Positions 13,001-22,800 of a stretch of DNA of 64,000 nt are shown piece after piece. The translations under genes and the position numbers were made by a program. The DNA is from Lama glama (taxonomy: Eukaryota). Location: assembly GCA_028534125.1 (NCBI GenBank), contig CM052851.1, forward strand, positions 558,001-622,000. Direction: 5' to 3'. How positions within the stretch are numbered: the first letter of the stretch is position 1; each line of letters opens with the position of its first letter. The notes under the pieces are model-generated. The model saw nothing but the letters and a program-made list of their open reading frames with translations. It was not told the DNA's origin and ran no database searches.

Positions 13001-16000
13001 TGGCAGAGGCGGAGAGAAATTGGAACCATACGCACTCTTGGAGGGAATGTAAAATGGCGCAGCTGCTGCAGATGGCAGCCTGGGGGCTTCTTAAACAATT
13101 GAAGATAGAATTACCGTATGTATGATCTAGCAGCTCCATGTCTCGGTGTTTACCCCCCAGAATTGAAAAGAAAGCAGGGACTCGGGCAAATCCTCTCGCC
13201 CACGTCCACGCGGGGCTCCTCACAGCAGCCAAGAGGTGGAGGGGGCCCGAGTGTCCACACAGCACAGTGAGTGGACACACAGCGTGGTCCATCCACACGA
13301 TGGGCCACTACTCAGCCGTAAGAAGGAAGGGCATTCCGGCCCAGCTGCAGCACGATGGGCCTTGGGGACGTGGTGCTCAGTGGAATGAACCAGACACGGA
13401 AGGACAGGTCCTGTGCGACCCCGCTCACATGGGGTCCCTGGGGGAGTCAGATCCACAGAAAAGGGGGGGCGGGGGAGGGGAGCGAGTGTTTAGCAGGGAC
13501 AGAGCGTCAGTTTGGGAAGCAGGACAAGTTCTGGAGGTGATGGTGTGCTGGTCACATGAGAATGTGAATGTGGTTAGTGCCGCGACCTGTGCACCTAGAA
13601 ATGGTTAAGATGGTAAATTACAGGTTGCATATAGTTCTCATATTTTTTTCAAAAAGGCTTTTTTGTTTACTACCCCCCCCAAAAAAAACTAATGCCCACT
13701 GACTGCTGTGACTGGTGCCCAAGGAGCACCTGTGGGCTGACACCCACCTCCTTCGTGGCACCGTGAAGGAGCCTCGGGTGGACTTGCTCTCCTCTGTCTG
13801 CGGAGCAGCTGGAAATGTGCAGACGGGGGGCAGTGCGTCTGCCCCAGGGCCCTCTGGTGTTGGGAGGGCCGGCGGGTCCTGCTCCAGGGACTCCCTGCAG
13901 GTGGACTGCGGCGCTCAGTCTCTGACCTGGTGAGGACTGTGCGCGGCCGTGTTGGTGGCACCCAGGCCTGGTGGGGGTCCCCTAGATTGTGGGGGTGGCG
14001 CCCAGCTGCTCTTCCTCGTCGGGAGACTTGAGGTTCACGTTCCACTCTGAGTCGTTTGGGTATGAAGACATTGGCAGCTAGCGCAGAGTTGGTGTCGTGC
14101 TGTGGCCCAGGGCTCCGGGAGCGGCGTTTGTGGGGGAGCCTGGCCACCCTGCCTGGGTCCCTGGGCCCAGCGTGGCCGCCAGCTCAGCAGGTGGCCCTCG
14201 TCTCCAGGTGCGCGTCCGGGAGGCTAGGGCGTGACGTGTTTTGTGCCCTCCTAGGTCGTATGTTCATATTTTATGGTAACAAGACTTCCACGCAGTTCCT
14301 GCATTTCACTCCTACACTCATCTGTTCGGATGACCTCCAGGCCAATATCCTTGGTTCCACTGCGCCCGGGCCCTGGCAGACAGTAATTTGGGACTTCGAG
14401 GCGGGTTTTGAGGGCGTCTCCAGGGGCTGTCACCGCAGGTTGTCTTCCCGCCCTTGGGTTGTTAGTCGCTGCAACGCTTGTGGGGCGCACGCGGCCTCGG
14501 CTCCTGCTTCGATGGCTGGTTCATCGCTTTCTTACCTATTCTGGTCTCCAAATCCCTCTGAGCTCTGAGCTCTGGTCTCTGCTCTCCTGCTCTGGGAGTC
14601 TCCCAGGGAGCGGCCGTGGGCGGGAGACCGAGGGGGGCTTCTCCACCATCAGCTTCGCTGTCTGGGGTCTCTTGCCATGGGTGGGCTGCCCTGGGAGAGG
14701 GAGGGAGGGGGAGGCCCGGCTTGACCACAGCCCTCCTTACTACAGGCCAGAGCCATTTTTATTGTAAGATAAACATGTTTTAAACATGGACTATTAACAC
14801 TAAATGTTTCAAAACAGTCGTCAAAGAGGGGAGGGTGTAGCTCAGTGGTAGAGCATGTGCCTAGCATGCGCAAGGTCCTGGGTTCAGTCCTCAGTACTTT
14901 CATTTAAAGTAATTCATTAATTAGTTAGAAAAAACTGTCATTAAAAATACACACATGAAAGATTTCATCCGAGATCAGGAAGTGCACTCCGACTCCTACA
15001 GACCCCTTCTAGAGCCTTTCTGACCTGGGACTGGCTCGGCCCCGCCTGCTTTCTCGGCTTCCTTGACGCACACACGCCTAAGCCTACAGACCAAGCCTGT
15101 GGACCCCACCGTGGATGGGGGTGCGCAGGTGCAGCAGGCCGTCAACATCGAGTGCGTGTCCGACTTCGCGGAGGCGCCTGTGCTCAACATCCAGTTCAGG
15201 TGGGAGCCCCGGGCTGCATCACCACAGGTCCTGCTGGGCCCCAGGGCATCGGGGCTGGGCCCCTCGTCCTCACAGACCTCAGGGTGGTGTGAGGACTGAG
15301 GGGCGACCTAGGCGGAGGCTGGCCCTCGCTGTGCACATTGCAGCAGTGGCTCCAGAGGGGAAGGGAAAGGTGCCCAGGGTTCTGAGACGCTGGGCGGATG
15401 GGGCCATCTGTCCAAGGTCCGGTGCTTTCAGGCTGAGACACGGAGGGGCCCACCCCATGGGCTTGGGGCCAGCCAGGTCCCCTGTGCTGCTGCCTGGCCC
15501 ACGGCTCCGAAAGTCAGCTGCAGGGCGGCATCCCTCCAGATTGTCGCCTGGTGTGTGCGACGCTGCGTGGCTGCACTCCGAGCACGCACACCGTCTTGAT
15601 GATTTTTCTGTAACACGTTTGTGTTGCTCCCTGGCTGCTTCCTGTCATTTCTCAGTGAGTGCAGGAGCGTGCACGTGACCAGCCTCCCCTGTTAGGTATT
15701 TGTAAGTTTGTTTTGGAAAGCATGTTTTCAAACATTAAAAACACAGAGAACTGAAAGTACTGTACTTTGTAAAATTTAGGGAAATAGACGTGCACAAATT
15801 TTGTTTCGTTCTGTAGGCACACTTTTTTCTGTGGCCTTTTCTGTGGTCTTTTTCAAAAAGAAAAAAGCCTACAAAGTTTAAACCAGCTTGGACTTGTAGG
15901 ACGTGGGTTGCTAGGGAAGAGTGATGAGGGGGTGGCTGTCCCCGGGTTAGTGTGTCAGGTCCCCCGACCGGTGCGTGGCAGTCCTCAGCTGTGGATGGCG

Positions 16001-17581
16001 CCGTGCCCAAGCCGGGCAGGTCCCCAGGGCGCAGGACCACCCTCCCCAGCGCCCCGCCCCTCCCCCTGCCCTCAGCCCTCTGTTCCCGGGGGCTGCGCAC
16101 GAGGGAGTGGCTCCCGGTTGAGGTGCAGGTTTTCCAGCCGCCCGTGCACCCCTTTCACCGTGTCTCTGTGTTGCTCACAGGTATGGGGGAACCTTTCAGA
16201 ATGTGTCTGTTAAGCTGCCTATCACACTCAACAAATTTTTCCAGCCCACAGAAATGGCTTCTCAGGATTTCTTTCAGCGTTGGAAGCAGCTGAGCAGGTG
16301 AGGGGCTGACCCAAACCCTGTGCGGTGCTGATGGGGGCCCTTCAGGCAGGGCCAGAAGCCGGGCTTACGCTGGCCTTTGTTTCTCACAGTCCACAGCAGG
16401 AAGTGCAGAGCATCTTCAGAGCGAAGCACCCAATGGATACAGAAATCACGAAAGCCAAGGTCAGTACCTCGCTGGGGTCATTCCCAGAGTCGGGAGGTGG
16501 CCAGGGCCCTCCAGAGACCCTCGGCCCCTGCCTGGGTGCTGGCACCAGGCGCTCCAACTCCAATTTCTTTCCCACAGATTATTGGCTTTGGTTCTGCACT
16601 CCTGGAGGAAGTCGATCCTAATCCTGCAAATTTTGTGGGAGCCGGTATCATTCATACCAAAACCACGCAGATTGGATGCTTGCTGCGCTTGGAGCCGAAC
16701 CTGCAAGCCCAGGTCAGGCCCCGGGGGAGCGGCCCAGTCACTTCAGTTTGTTTGTTTCTGTTGTGGTGTAAGTTACACACAGTGAGATGGATGCGCAGGT
16801 AGATCCCCAGTGTGGTAATTTGATGAGTTTCAACAGACACGTATGCCTGTGAACCACCACCTGTTGGTACGTGTAAAATTGCCGCTGTCCCAGAAAGTTC
16901 CCTGGCACCCCACTGGGGCAACATCCCCAAGAGGCAGCGCTGTGTGGCCCGGCATGGGTTCCGCCTGGCCCTGAGCTGGCAGTCACCAGTTGCTGCTGTG
17001 TCCAGGGTCGGTCCTCGTGGACTGTGTGGCACTCCTTTGTGGGGAGTTGCCCCGTTGGCTTGCCCAGCCCTCCTGTCGATGGACCTCAGGCCGCCCCAGT
17101 TTTGGGACACTTTGAATGGGGCTGCTACGAACACTGGCACATGTCTTGGTGTGGACGTGTGTTTTCATCTCACTTGGGCAGTACCCAGGATGGGACGCGG
17201 GCTCGTGGGGAGCATGAGCTGTCAGCTCCCCAGCGCCGGCTGGGGCAGTTAGACGCCCACCTGTCCATGTACACTCTGGCGCTGGCGATGGTCAGACTTT
17301 CTCACTTTAGCTGCTGAAAGCATGTCTAATGTTTGAGTCTCTGTCACGCAGTGGAACACCTCCAGGGAAGGGCTGAGCAGAGGCCTGAAGTGGCCGCCGG
17401 GCAGGCCGTGGCCCGAGGTGCTCTGCTGCTGGAGCGAGGGCCCTGCCGAGGGCCGCACCCGCGGGCAGGTGGGCGGGGGCTGACTGTTGTTGTCTCCTTC
17501 CAGATGTACCGGCTCACGCTGCGGACCAGTAAGGAGAGCGTGTCTCAGAGGCTGTGCGAACTGCTCTCAGAGCAGTTCTGA
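942..17581 (+). CDS. AP2A2: AP-2 complex subunit alpha-2, 3' part (exons 7-22); join 942-1050,2167-2317,3304-3472,4683-4820,7006-7188,7714-7811,8231-8462,8553-8726,9968-10128,12605-12687,14255-14344,15076-15199,16181-16297,16390-16459,16578-16712,17504-17581
   Basis: Spliced translation gives alpha-adaptin trunk, hinge and appendage ([22 protein letters not shown]...[25 protein letters not shown]). All exon phases join. Hinge sequence and adjacency to MUC6 indicate A2 rather than A1. The 5' exons lie outside the window. Confidence 0.97.
2167..2317 (+). CDS. AP2A2: AP2A2 exon 8 (alternative start 2170)
   Basis: cag|aag|AC tandem acceptor; (E)[13 protein letters not shown]...IIHHD; donor AG|gtgggt. 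Confidence 0.95.
3304..3472 (+). CDS. AP2A2: AP2A2 exon 9 (GC donor)
   Basis: [15 protein letters not shown]...VINALK; ends AAG|gcaagt. Confidence 0.93.
4683..4820 (+). CDS. AP2A2: AP2A2 exon 10
   Basis: [20 protein letters not shown]...IREEI; ag/gt flanks. Confidence 0.95.
7006..7188 (+). CDS. AP2A2: AP2A2 exon 11
   Basis: [20 protein letters not shown]...AKTVFE. Confidence 0.95.
7714..7811 (+). CDS. AP2A2: AP2A2 exon 12
   Basis: [32 protein letters not shown]; AG|gtaagt. Confidence 0.95.
8231..8462 (+). CDS. AP2A2: AP2A2 exon 13
   Basis: [15 protein letters not shown]...STDIL. Confidence 0.95.
8553..8726 (+). CDS. AP2A2: AP2A2 exon 14
   Basis: [27 protein letters not shown]...GTSAA. 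Confidence 0.95.
9968..10128 (+). CDS. AP2A2: AP2A2 exon 15 (hinge)
   Basis: [17 protein letters not shown]...GSEDNFA. Confidence 0.95.
10900..12175 (-). mobile_element. L1 3' end (ORF2 C-terminus plus 3' UTR), antisense
   Basis: Recognisable L1 phrases: gatttacag..agtttcagg; tatattttggatattaaccc; catttgcaagtattttctccca; ttttgagtttaattttgcatatggtgtaaga. Confidence 0.85.
12605..12687 (+). CDS. AP2A2: AP2A2 exon 16
   Basis: [27 protein letters not shown]. Confidence 0.95.
12720..13655 (+). mobile_element. L1MB-like 3' end, sense
   Basis: gggagagaatattt..; gggaaatgcaagcaaaacc; gatagaattaccgtatg; aaatggttaagatggtaaatt terminus. Confidence 0.85.
14255..14344 (+). CDS. AP2A2: AP2A2 exon 17 (U12 donor follows)
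   Basis: [29 protein letters not shown]; followed by ATATCCTT. Confidence 0.92.
14345..15075 (+). other. AP2A2: U12-type (minor spliceosome) AT-AC intron 17 of AP2A2
   Basis: 5' ATATCCTT at 14345; branch site TTCCTTGAC at 15059-15067; terminal AC at 15074-15075; this junction restores the frame (QA-S-LSLQTKP). Confidence 0.92.
14828..14930 (+). mobile_element. tRNA-derived SINE (Vic-1-like) inside the U12 intron
   Basis: ggggagggtgtagctcagtggtagagc (A box)...gggttcagtcctcagtac (B box), AT tail, degenerate TSD aaaacagtcgtcaaaga / aaaactgtcattaaaaa. Confidence 0.85.
15076..15199 (+). CDS. AP2A2: AP2A2 exon 18
   Basis: [40 protein letters not shown]. Confidence 0.92.
16181..16297 (+). CDS. 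AP2A2: AP2A2 exon 19
   Basis: [38 protein letters not shown]. Confidence 0.95.
16390..16459 (+). CDS. AP2A2: AP2A2 exon 20
   Basis: [23 protein letters not shown]. Confidence 0.95.
16578..16712 (+). CDS. AP2A2: AP2A2 exon 21
   Basis: [45 protein letters not shown]. Confidence 0.95.
16755..17335 (-). mobile_element. Old L1MC/ME-type 3' fragment
   Basis: gtgtaagttacacacagtgag..aatttgatgagtttcaacag; gtggacgtgtgttttcatctcacttgggcagtacccagg. Confidence 0.6.
17504..17581 (+). CDS. AP2A2: AP2A2 exon 22, coding part with TGA
   Basis: [25 protein letters not shown]. Confidence 0.95.
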   Translation: MYRLTLRTSKESVSQRLCELLSEQF

Positions 17582-17833
17582 CCCACGGGGCAGCTGCCGT
17601 GTCTGCACCTGCCTTCTTCCTGCCCTTGTCCCCGTGACCGTGCTGCGCGCCAGCGCCTGTCTGACATTGCCGCCGGGGGCTCCCGCCTGCTGCCCGGCTT
17701 CGTCCCTCCTGGGGTGGGTTGTGAGGGAGAAGAGGCCCAGCTGGACTCGCCGGCCTGCCGGTCAGGAGGAGGGGCGCGGGTCCTGGGATCAACTTTCCTA
17801 GAAATCAGGACAGTTCTGTGCGGAAATCTACAA

Positions 17834-17839
17834 ATTAAA
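17834..17839 (+). terminator. AP2A2: Candidate AP2A2 poly(A) signal ATTAAA (second copy at 18160-18165)
   Basis: ATTAAA in an AT-rich patch of the 3' UTR; no + strand AATAAA seen before the MUC6 3' end. Confidence 0.45.
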
Positions 17840-19311
17840 GGGAAATTAGAAGTTTGAATGAAAATGGACATTTTTTGGGAAATTTTTAAATGAGCGTTCC
17901 TCTCTGGCACTCTGAGAGGAGCAGTGTGCATCTGTGGTGCGGATGGGTCTAAACTAGGACATGTGGCCATTTTGGGGGTGGCTGCTGGGTGCCTGAGACT
18001 GTGAGGATGCCCTGGGCTGGAGCAGTGCGTCCAGGCGCCAACATGAGCGCAGCATCTGGGGCGGGGCCCTGACTCTGGAAGTCAGACTCAGCGGTGCTGT
18101 GTGTCCTGGCCGCCTTTAGTTCTGTGTTCTTTTCCCAGCGTGGCCTTTTTGAAGGAGACATTAAAGCCGCCTGATTGTCTGAGACCTCGCTTGCGCAGTG
18201 TGTGGGGGCAGGGTTCCCGGTGGCCCGGAGAGTGTGTACCTAACTTCACGCATCTGGAGGTTTCAAGCAAGTGCGCTGTCACCCTAGGGGCGACACTGGT
18301 TCGTGATTGGAGGGTTCAGTGTGGGTGGGCAGAGGAGATTCCGGGAGCTGAGCTTGTCTCTCCCCTGTGCAGGGGACCTCACGGGCTGGTGCAGGTTTCT
18401 CTGGGGTCATGCATGCAGGCCAGGGTGCTGTGGGCCTTGGCCTGTGCAGTCAGAGGAGGGAGGCCTTTGTGTGGTCAGGAGGTGGAGGGCCATTTGGGGA
18501 TGAGCTGATGCCCCAACTCAGGGTCCCCTGACACTCTATGTGGCCGTGGAGTCTGAGGCTGTGTGGGTGGCGGCCGTGTCATCCTGCTTTTGTTCAGGCT
18601 GCTGGACGACGTGGTGCTTGGGCTCCAGCATGTGGGTCGCCAGCGGGGTGGTGGTTTCGAGTCAGCTGACGCCTGCCCTCCGTCCGCCATTCTAGGTGGG
18701 CGTCTGCCCGTCAATTGCGTTCCTTTCCGAAGGGAAAACAAGCGCTAGGTCGGTGGCCAGAGTGCGTGTGGTCTTCGGAGGGAGAAGCACTCAGCATGTG
18801 GCTCGTGGCTCGTCCTGCGGGCCGTGTGGGGCCTTGAGCTCTGACGACGTGGCCACGGCGCCCTGGTCTCGGGGTGGAGGCGTAAGAGTGTCGGGGTGGC
18901 ATGCCTTTCACCCTGCGCCTGGGTGCAGGGCGTGGCTCACTTACCCCGGGGGACCTGGCCTCAGCTCCCCCGGCTCCACCCTACCAGTTGAGGACGTGCC
19001 TTCTGGAGGCCTTGGGCCTAAGGGACACGTGGGCCCAGGGGTTCCTTCCTGGGGAGCGAGCCCACTGAGCTCTTTTGGGGTGACCCCAGCCACAGACAGG
19101 GTGCATGTCCCACAGGATGCAGGGTTTCACAAGGGAGTAGCCCTGAGCTGGGGAGGGTGCAGGCCCCACAGTGGTGTCCCTTCCTGGCCCAGACCCGTGC
19201 TGGTCCAGCCCTTTGGGGTGGGCGTGGGTCTGGGGCTTCAGAACACCCGGGGGCATGGGAGACAGCAGTGCAGAGCCCACGGGCGAGCCTTTGCGTGTTG
19301 ATCAGTGCCAG

Positions 19312-19317
19312 TTTATT
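19312..19317 (-). terminator. MUC6: MUC6 poly(A) signal AATAAA
   Basis: tttatt on the + strand, about 365 nt downstream of the MUC6 stop. Confidence 0.8.
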
Positions 19318-19680
19318 TGTTAATCTGTTCACAGTGGGCCCATCATTCACGGCGGCTGAGACACCCCTCCCCTGACTGCACAGCCCTTCTCCTCGCTGTG
19401 ACCTCTGCCTCTTCCCTGCTCGCCCCTGCTTGGGGCCTCCCTTTCCTCAGGAACCCCCTGTGAAGCAGCCTTCCTCTCCACTCCCACCCTGGGGTCAGGT
19501 CCCAGCAGGACCGGAAAGCTGCCTTCAAAGGCTGGGAGGCTGGGTGGACAATCGGTGGGCGCGGCCGGCAGGTTTGGTGGGAGCTACGGGAACCCGGCCT
19601 GCAGCCCCTTTCTCCTCAGGGCCCAGGCAAGCCCCAAGTGGGGCCTTGTGCCCTGGGGGAGGGTTTCGGGAGCTGCCCCT

Positions 19681-19858
19681 CTAATCTCCACAGCGCCGGG
19701 GGCTGCACACGCAGCTGCTGAACACCTGCAGGGGGAGCACCAGCCGCTGTCCCTGTGCCCTGGGGTCTGTGCAGGGCAGCTCGAGCTGCTTCTCGTGGGA
19801 GCTGAGGGGGTGGCAGCAGCTACAGCGGGTGTCCACTTGCATGGTGTCGGTGTTGAAG
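19681..19858 (-). CDS. MUC6: MUC6 exon 33 (CTCK C-half, TAG stop)
   Basis: FNTDTMQVDTRCSCCHPL...CVCSPRRCGD*. Confidence 0.95.
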
Positions 19859-22800
19859 CTGCAAAGGAGCCGCGGCGGAGAGTGTAGGTCAAGGCCTCTG
19901 CCTCGAGAGCGCTCCTGCCCTCCCCAGCCGCCCAGAGAGCTAGGTCCCGGTGGTTGGTTAGGGGAGCTCCCGTTGCTGACTTCCCCAGTCTGCCAGTCAG
20001 CCCTGAGTCCCCGGTGCCTCCAGGCAGGTTTGCAGGTGGGGACAGGCCAGGGCCACCTGACAGAGCAGCACGTGGCCTGTGGCTGGGAGCTCTGGGGCAG
20101 AGCTTCCCCGACTCCTACTCGGAGCCACCTCTGTTGGGCAGGGCAGATTCCAAGCCCAGGACCGGACAGACTTCCCGGGTCCCACAGCTCACCTAGCCGA
20201 GGAGGCGCAGACACCCTCACAGCGGGTCACTGTCACGTTGGCTGTGCACCCCTGGTAAGTGATCTCCTCCTGAACCTCCCTCACGCTGCAGTTCCCTGGG
20301 AGCCAAGAGGCAGGTGGTCAGGGCAGCCCCAGGGCCTGGCTGAGGGGCAGGTGTAGCCTCTGGGCCTCAGGTTTTCAGTCCCTTTTTGTGTGGGATGGTG
20401 GGTAGTCCGGACTCCGCTGAGGGGAGGTGGCCAGCTGCCTGGCCACTTAGCTGACCTAGGTGGGATGGCGGGGGCACACACCAGCACTTTCCTGCCCGCA
20501 GTGGCCTTCTACCTGGACCCCTGCCCCACACTCAGGCCCCCGCCCCAGACCGTCTCCTCTGTCTGAGCCCCGCTGAGCTCAGGCCTCACAGCTGTGCTTG
20601 GGAGCAAAGCCTGGTAGTTCCTCATGGTGTGTTTTCTTCCTGAAAGTTGGCTGCACTGGACTCCACCGGGGCCAAGTCAGGGCTGTTCACAGAGGGTGAG
20701 GCAGATGGCCAGCCCTGGCCCTGGTTTAGCTTCCCTTGCCGCCTCCCCTCCCGGCCTGCTACCAACCTGTGGGCGTAGGTGTCTCTGGCCTGCTGGGCCC
20801 CGTACCTGCGGGAGGGATGAGGGGAGGATGTCAGTGTCCCCAGAGGGGGCAGATGGTAGCACAAGAGCTTCCTGCCAGGGTCTGTACTCCCGGTGGGGGT
20901 GGGATGTGGCCCGGCTCTGAGCTCTGTCCTGCATCGATCCTGGTGGACAGACTGTAGCGATGAGCTGTCTCAGGGGCCCTGGCGGCTGGCCAAGCAGTGT
21001 GGCCGTTAGGAACTGCCACCGTGGACCTCGAGTGCAAAGCTGCGAGGAGTTCCTGTGCGGACTGAATTGTCTGTCCTGCTGTCCCATCGCCCCGACACAA
21101 GGCCCCCCATGGCCTGGAGCCCTGCTTACCTGCTTTTCTGCTGAAGGCAGAGATGGGAGGCCTGGCAGGGGCGGGGCTCTGGGTGCTTCCCTGCAGGTAG
21201 TGTTGCCTCCAGCTCTCCTCTCCTGCTCTCCCCTCCTGCTCCCTCATCCCACTTCCTGGGTCCCTCCTCGTGGGCCGCCCGCACCCAGCCCTGGTCCCAT
21301 GAGAGAATGTGTTTCTTTTCAACACTGTCCTGCGGTGGTAGATCGTCCTACTGGGGGATGGGTGCCATGGAGGGGACACCCGGAAGACAGGGGAGGGGTG
21401 TCCCTCGAGAACCAAGTATGCCCAGCAGGCCTGGGGGCAGGAAGGCAGAGGGGAGGAGGAGGAGGCGGTAGCACGGAGGCCTGGGCAGGTGCTGGAGCGT
21501 GGAGCCCTGGCCACTGGTCCCAGTGGGACCCCCGGCATCATCCGGAGTGAGGCATGCCCCTCCTTTCAGCAACCTGAGGGAGGGTAGCAGTGACAGAAGC
21601 ATAGGGTCCCTCTGAGCTCTGGGGAGGGTAGTCCTGGGAGGCTGCTGCTGAGCTCCCCTCAGAGGGAGGCCAGCGCCGCAGCGGGGGCTGTTGGGGAGCA
21701 CACACGAGCCAGGTACGGGACAGACGTACAGGCCCAGAGGCGGGAGGGGGGCCACCCGTGGAAAGCCAGGCACCCATTTTGGCCAGTCTGGAGAAACGCC
21801 CAGAGCAGAGGGGAGAAAGGAGCTAGAACCTGGTCCAGAAAGCTGAGGGGGCCCCAGGGCTGTGGGGGCTGCACACAGGACGGCCGGGGGTGGGTGGAGG
21901 AGGTGTGGTTGTGCTGTTGCTGGGCCCTGTCTGTCCCACGCACCCCGGGACACAGCTGAGGCCCTGGACCTCAGCGACCAGAGTGACCCCAAGAGCACAT
22001 TGGGACCACTTAGAAGCCAGGGTGGGCACCCCCTGCTGCGAGTGACCCCAAGTTGGCTCAGTGCTCTGCGCTGCATGGCCATCCCCAGGCAGGGGAAGTG
22101 AAGGCTTTAGGGGGAGGAAGGGTCCGTGCCTGCTGGAGAGGCTGGGCCAGCCTCTGTCGGCAGCTGGTGGAGTGCGATGGGGGACAGCAGGTGGAGCAGA
22201 GGCTATAGCCATTTCTCACCAGAAAGCTTGAGGGGACAGGAAGAGGCAGGAACTGCACTGGAGTGACCTAACTGTCAGCCAGAGCGGAGAGAAAGGCTGA
22301 GAGGAAGCACACACTCGGGGTCACGAGGTGGCGGCAGACACACGACTTACCAAGGGAGCTGGGTAGGGACGTGATGAGAGAGGAGGCAGGGTGGCTCTCA
22401 GTGGGAAAGGATGTGGCAGTGGGGAAGGAGGAGCTTCCAGGCCCAGTGATGGAGCTGGTCAGGAATAGGGTGGTCAGCAGCCCAGTAGTGCTGGGTGGTC
22501 TGGTGGTGAGGTGGGTGGCTGGGGAACTTGGTACAGCTGTCACCCCCAGCGTGGAAGACACGAGGCCATGTGTAGGGGCATCAGTGGTAAGAGAGGTGAA
22601 TTGTGATGTAGTGGACTGAGAGGACGCAGTCGGGGAGGCAGGGGTGCTGGCCGTGGTCTGAGTTGTGGACAGAAAGACTATGGTGGTGGAATTGGGGACA
22701 AGGGACAGGGTGGGTGAGGCTGAGGGAAGGGTCGTGCTGCGCAGGGGAGAAGTGGGAGTGAAGGGAGAGGACGGGACACGAGTGGAGGGGTTAGGGGAAA

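Noticed and set aside
14340-14390. Frameshift or missing donor after AP2A2 exon 17
   Set aside because: Explained by the U12 AT-AC intron.
14828-14900. tRNA gene (also 53572-53650)
   Set aside because: A and B boxes are present but there is no acceptor-stem pairing; AT-rich tails and TSD-like flanks indicate SINEs.
21823-22212. Extra PTS exon in MUC6 intron 31
   Set aside because: Only mildly P/S/T-rich; no convincing in-phase acceptor and donor pair found.
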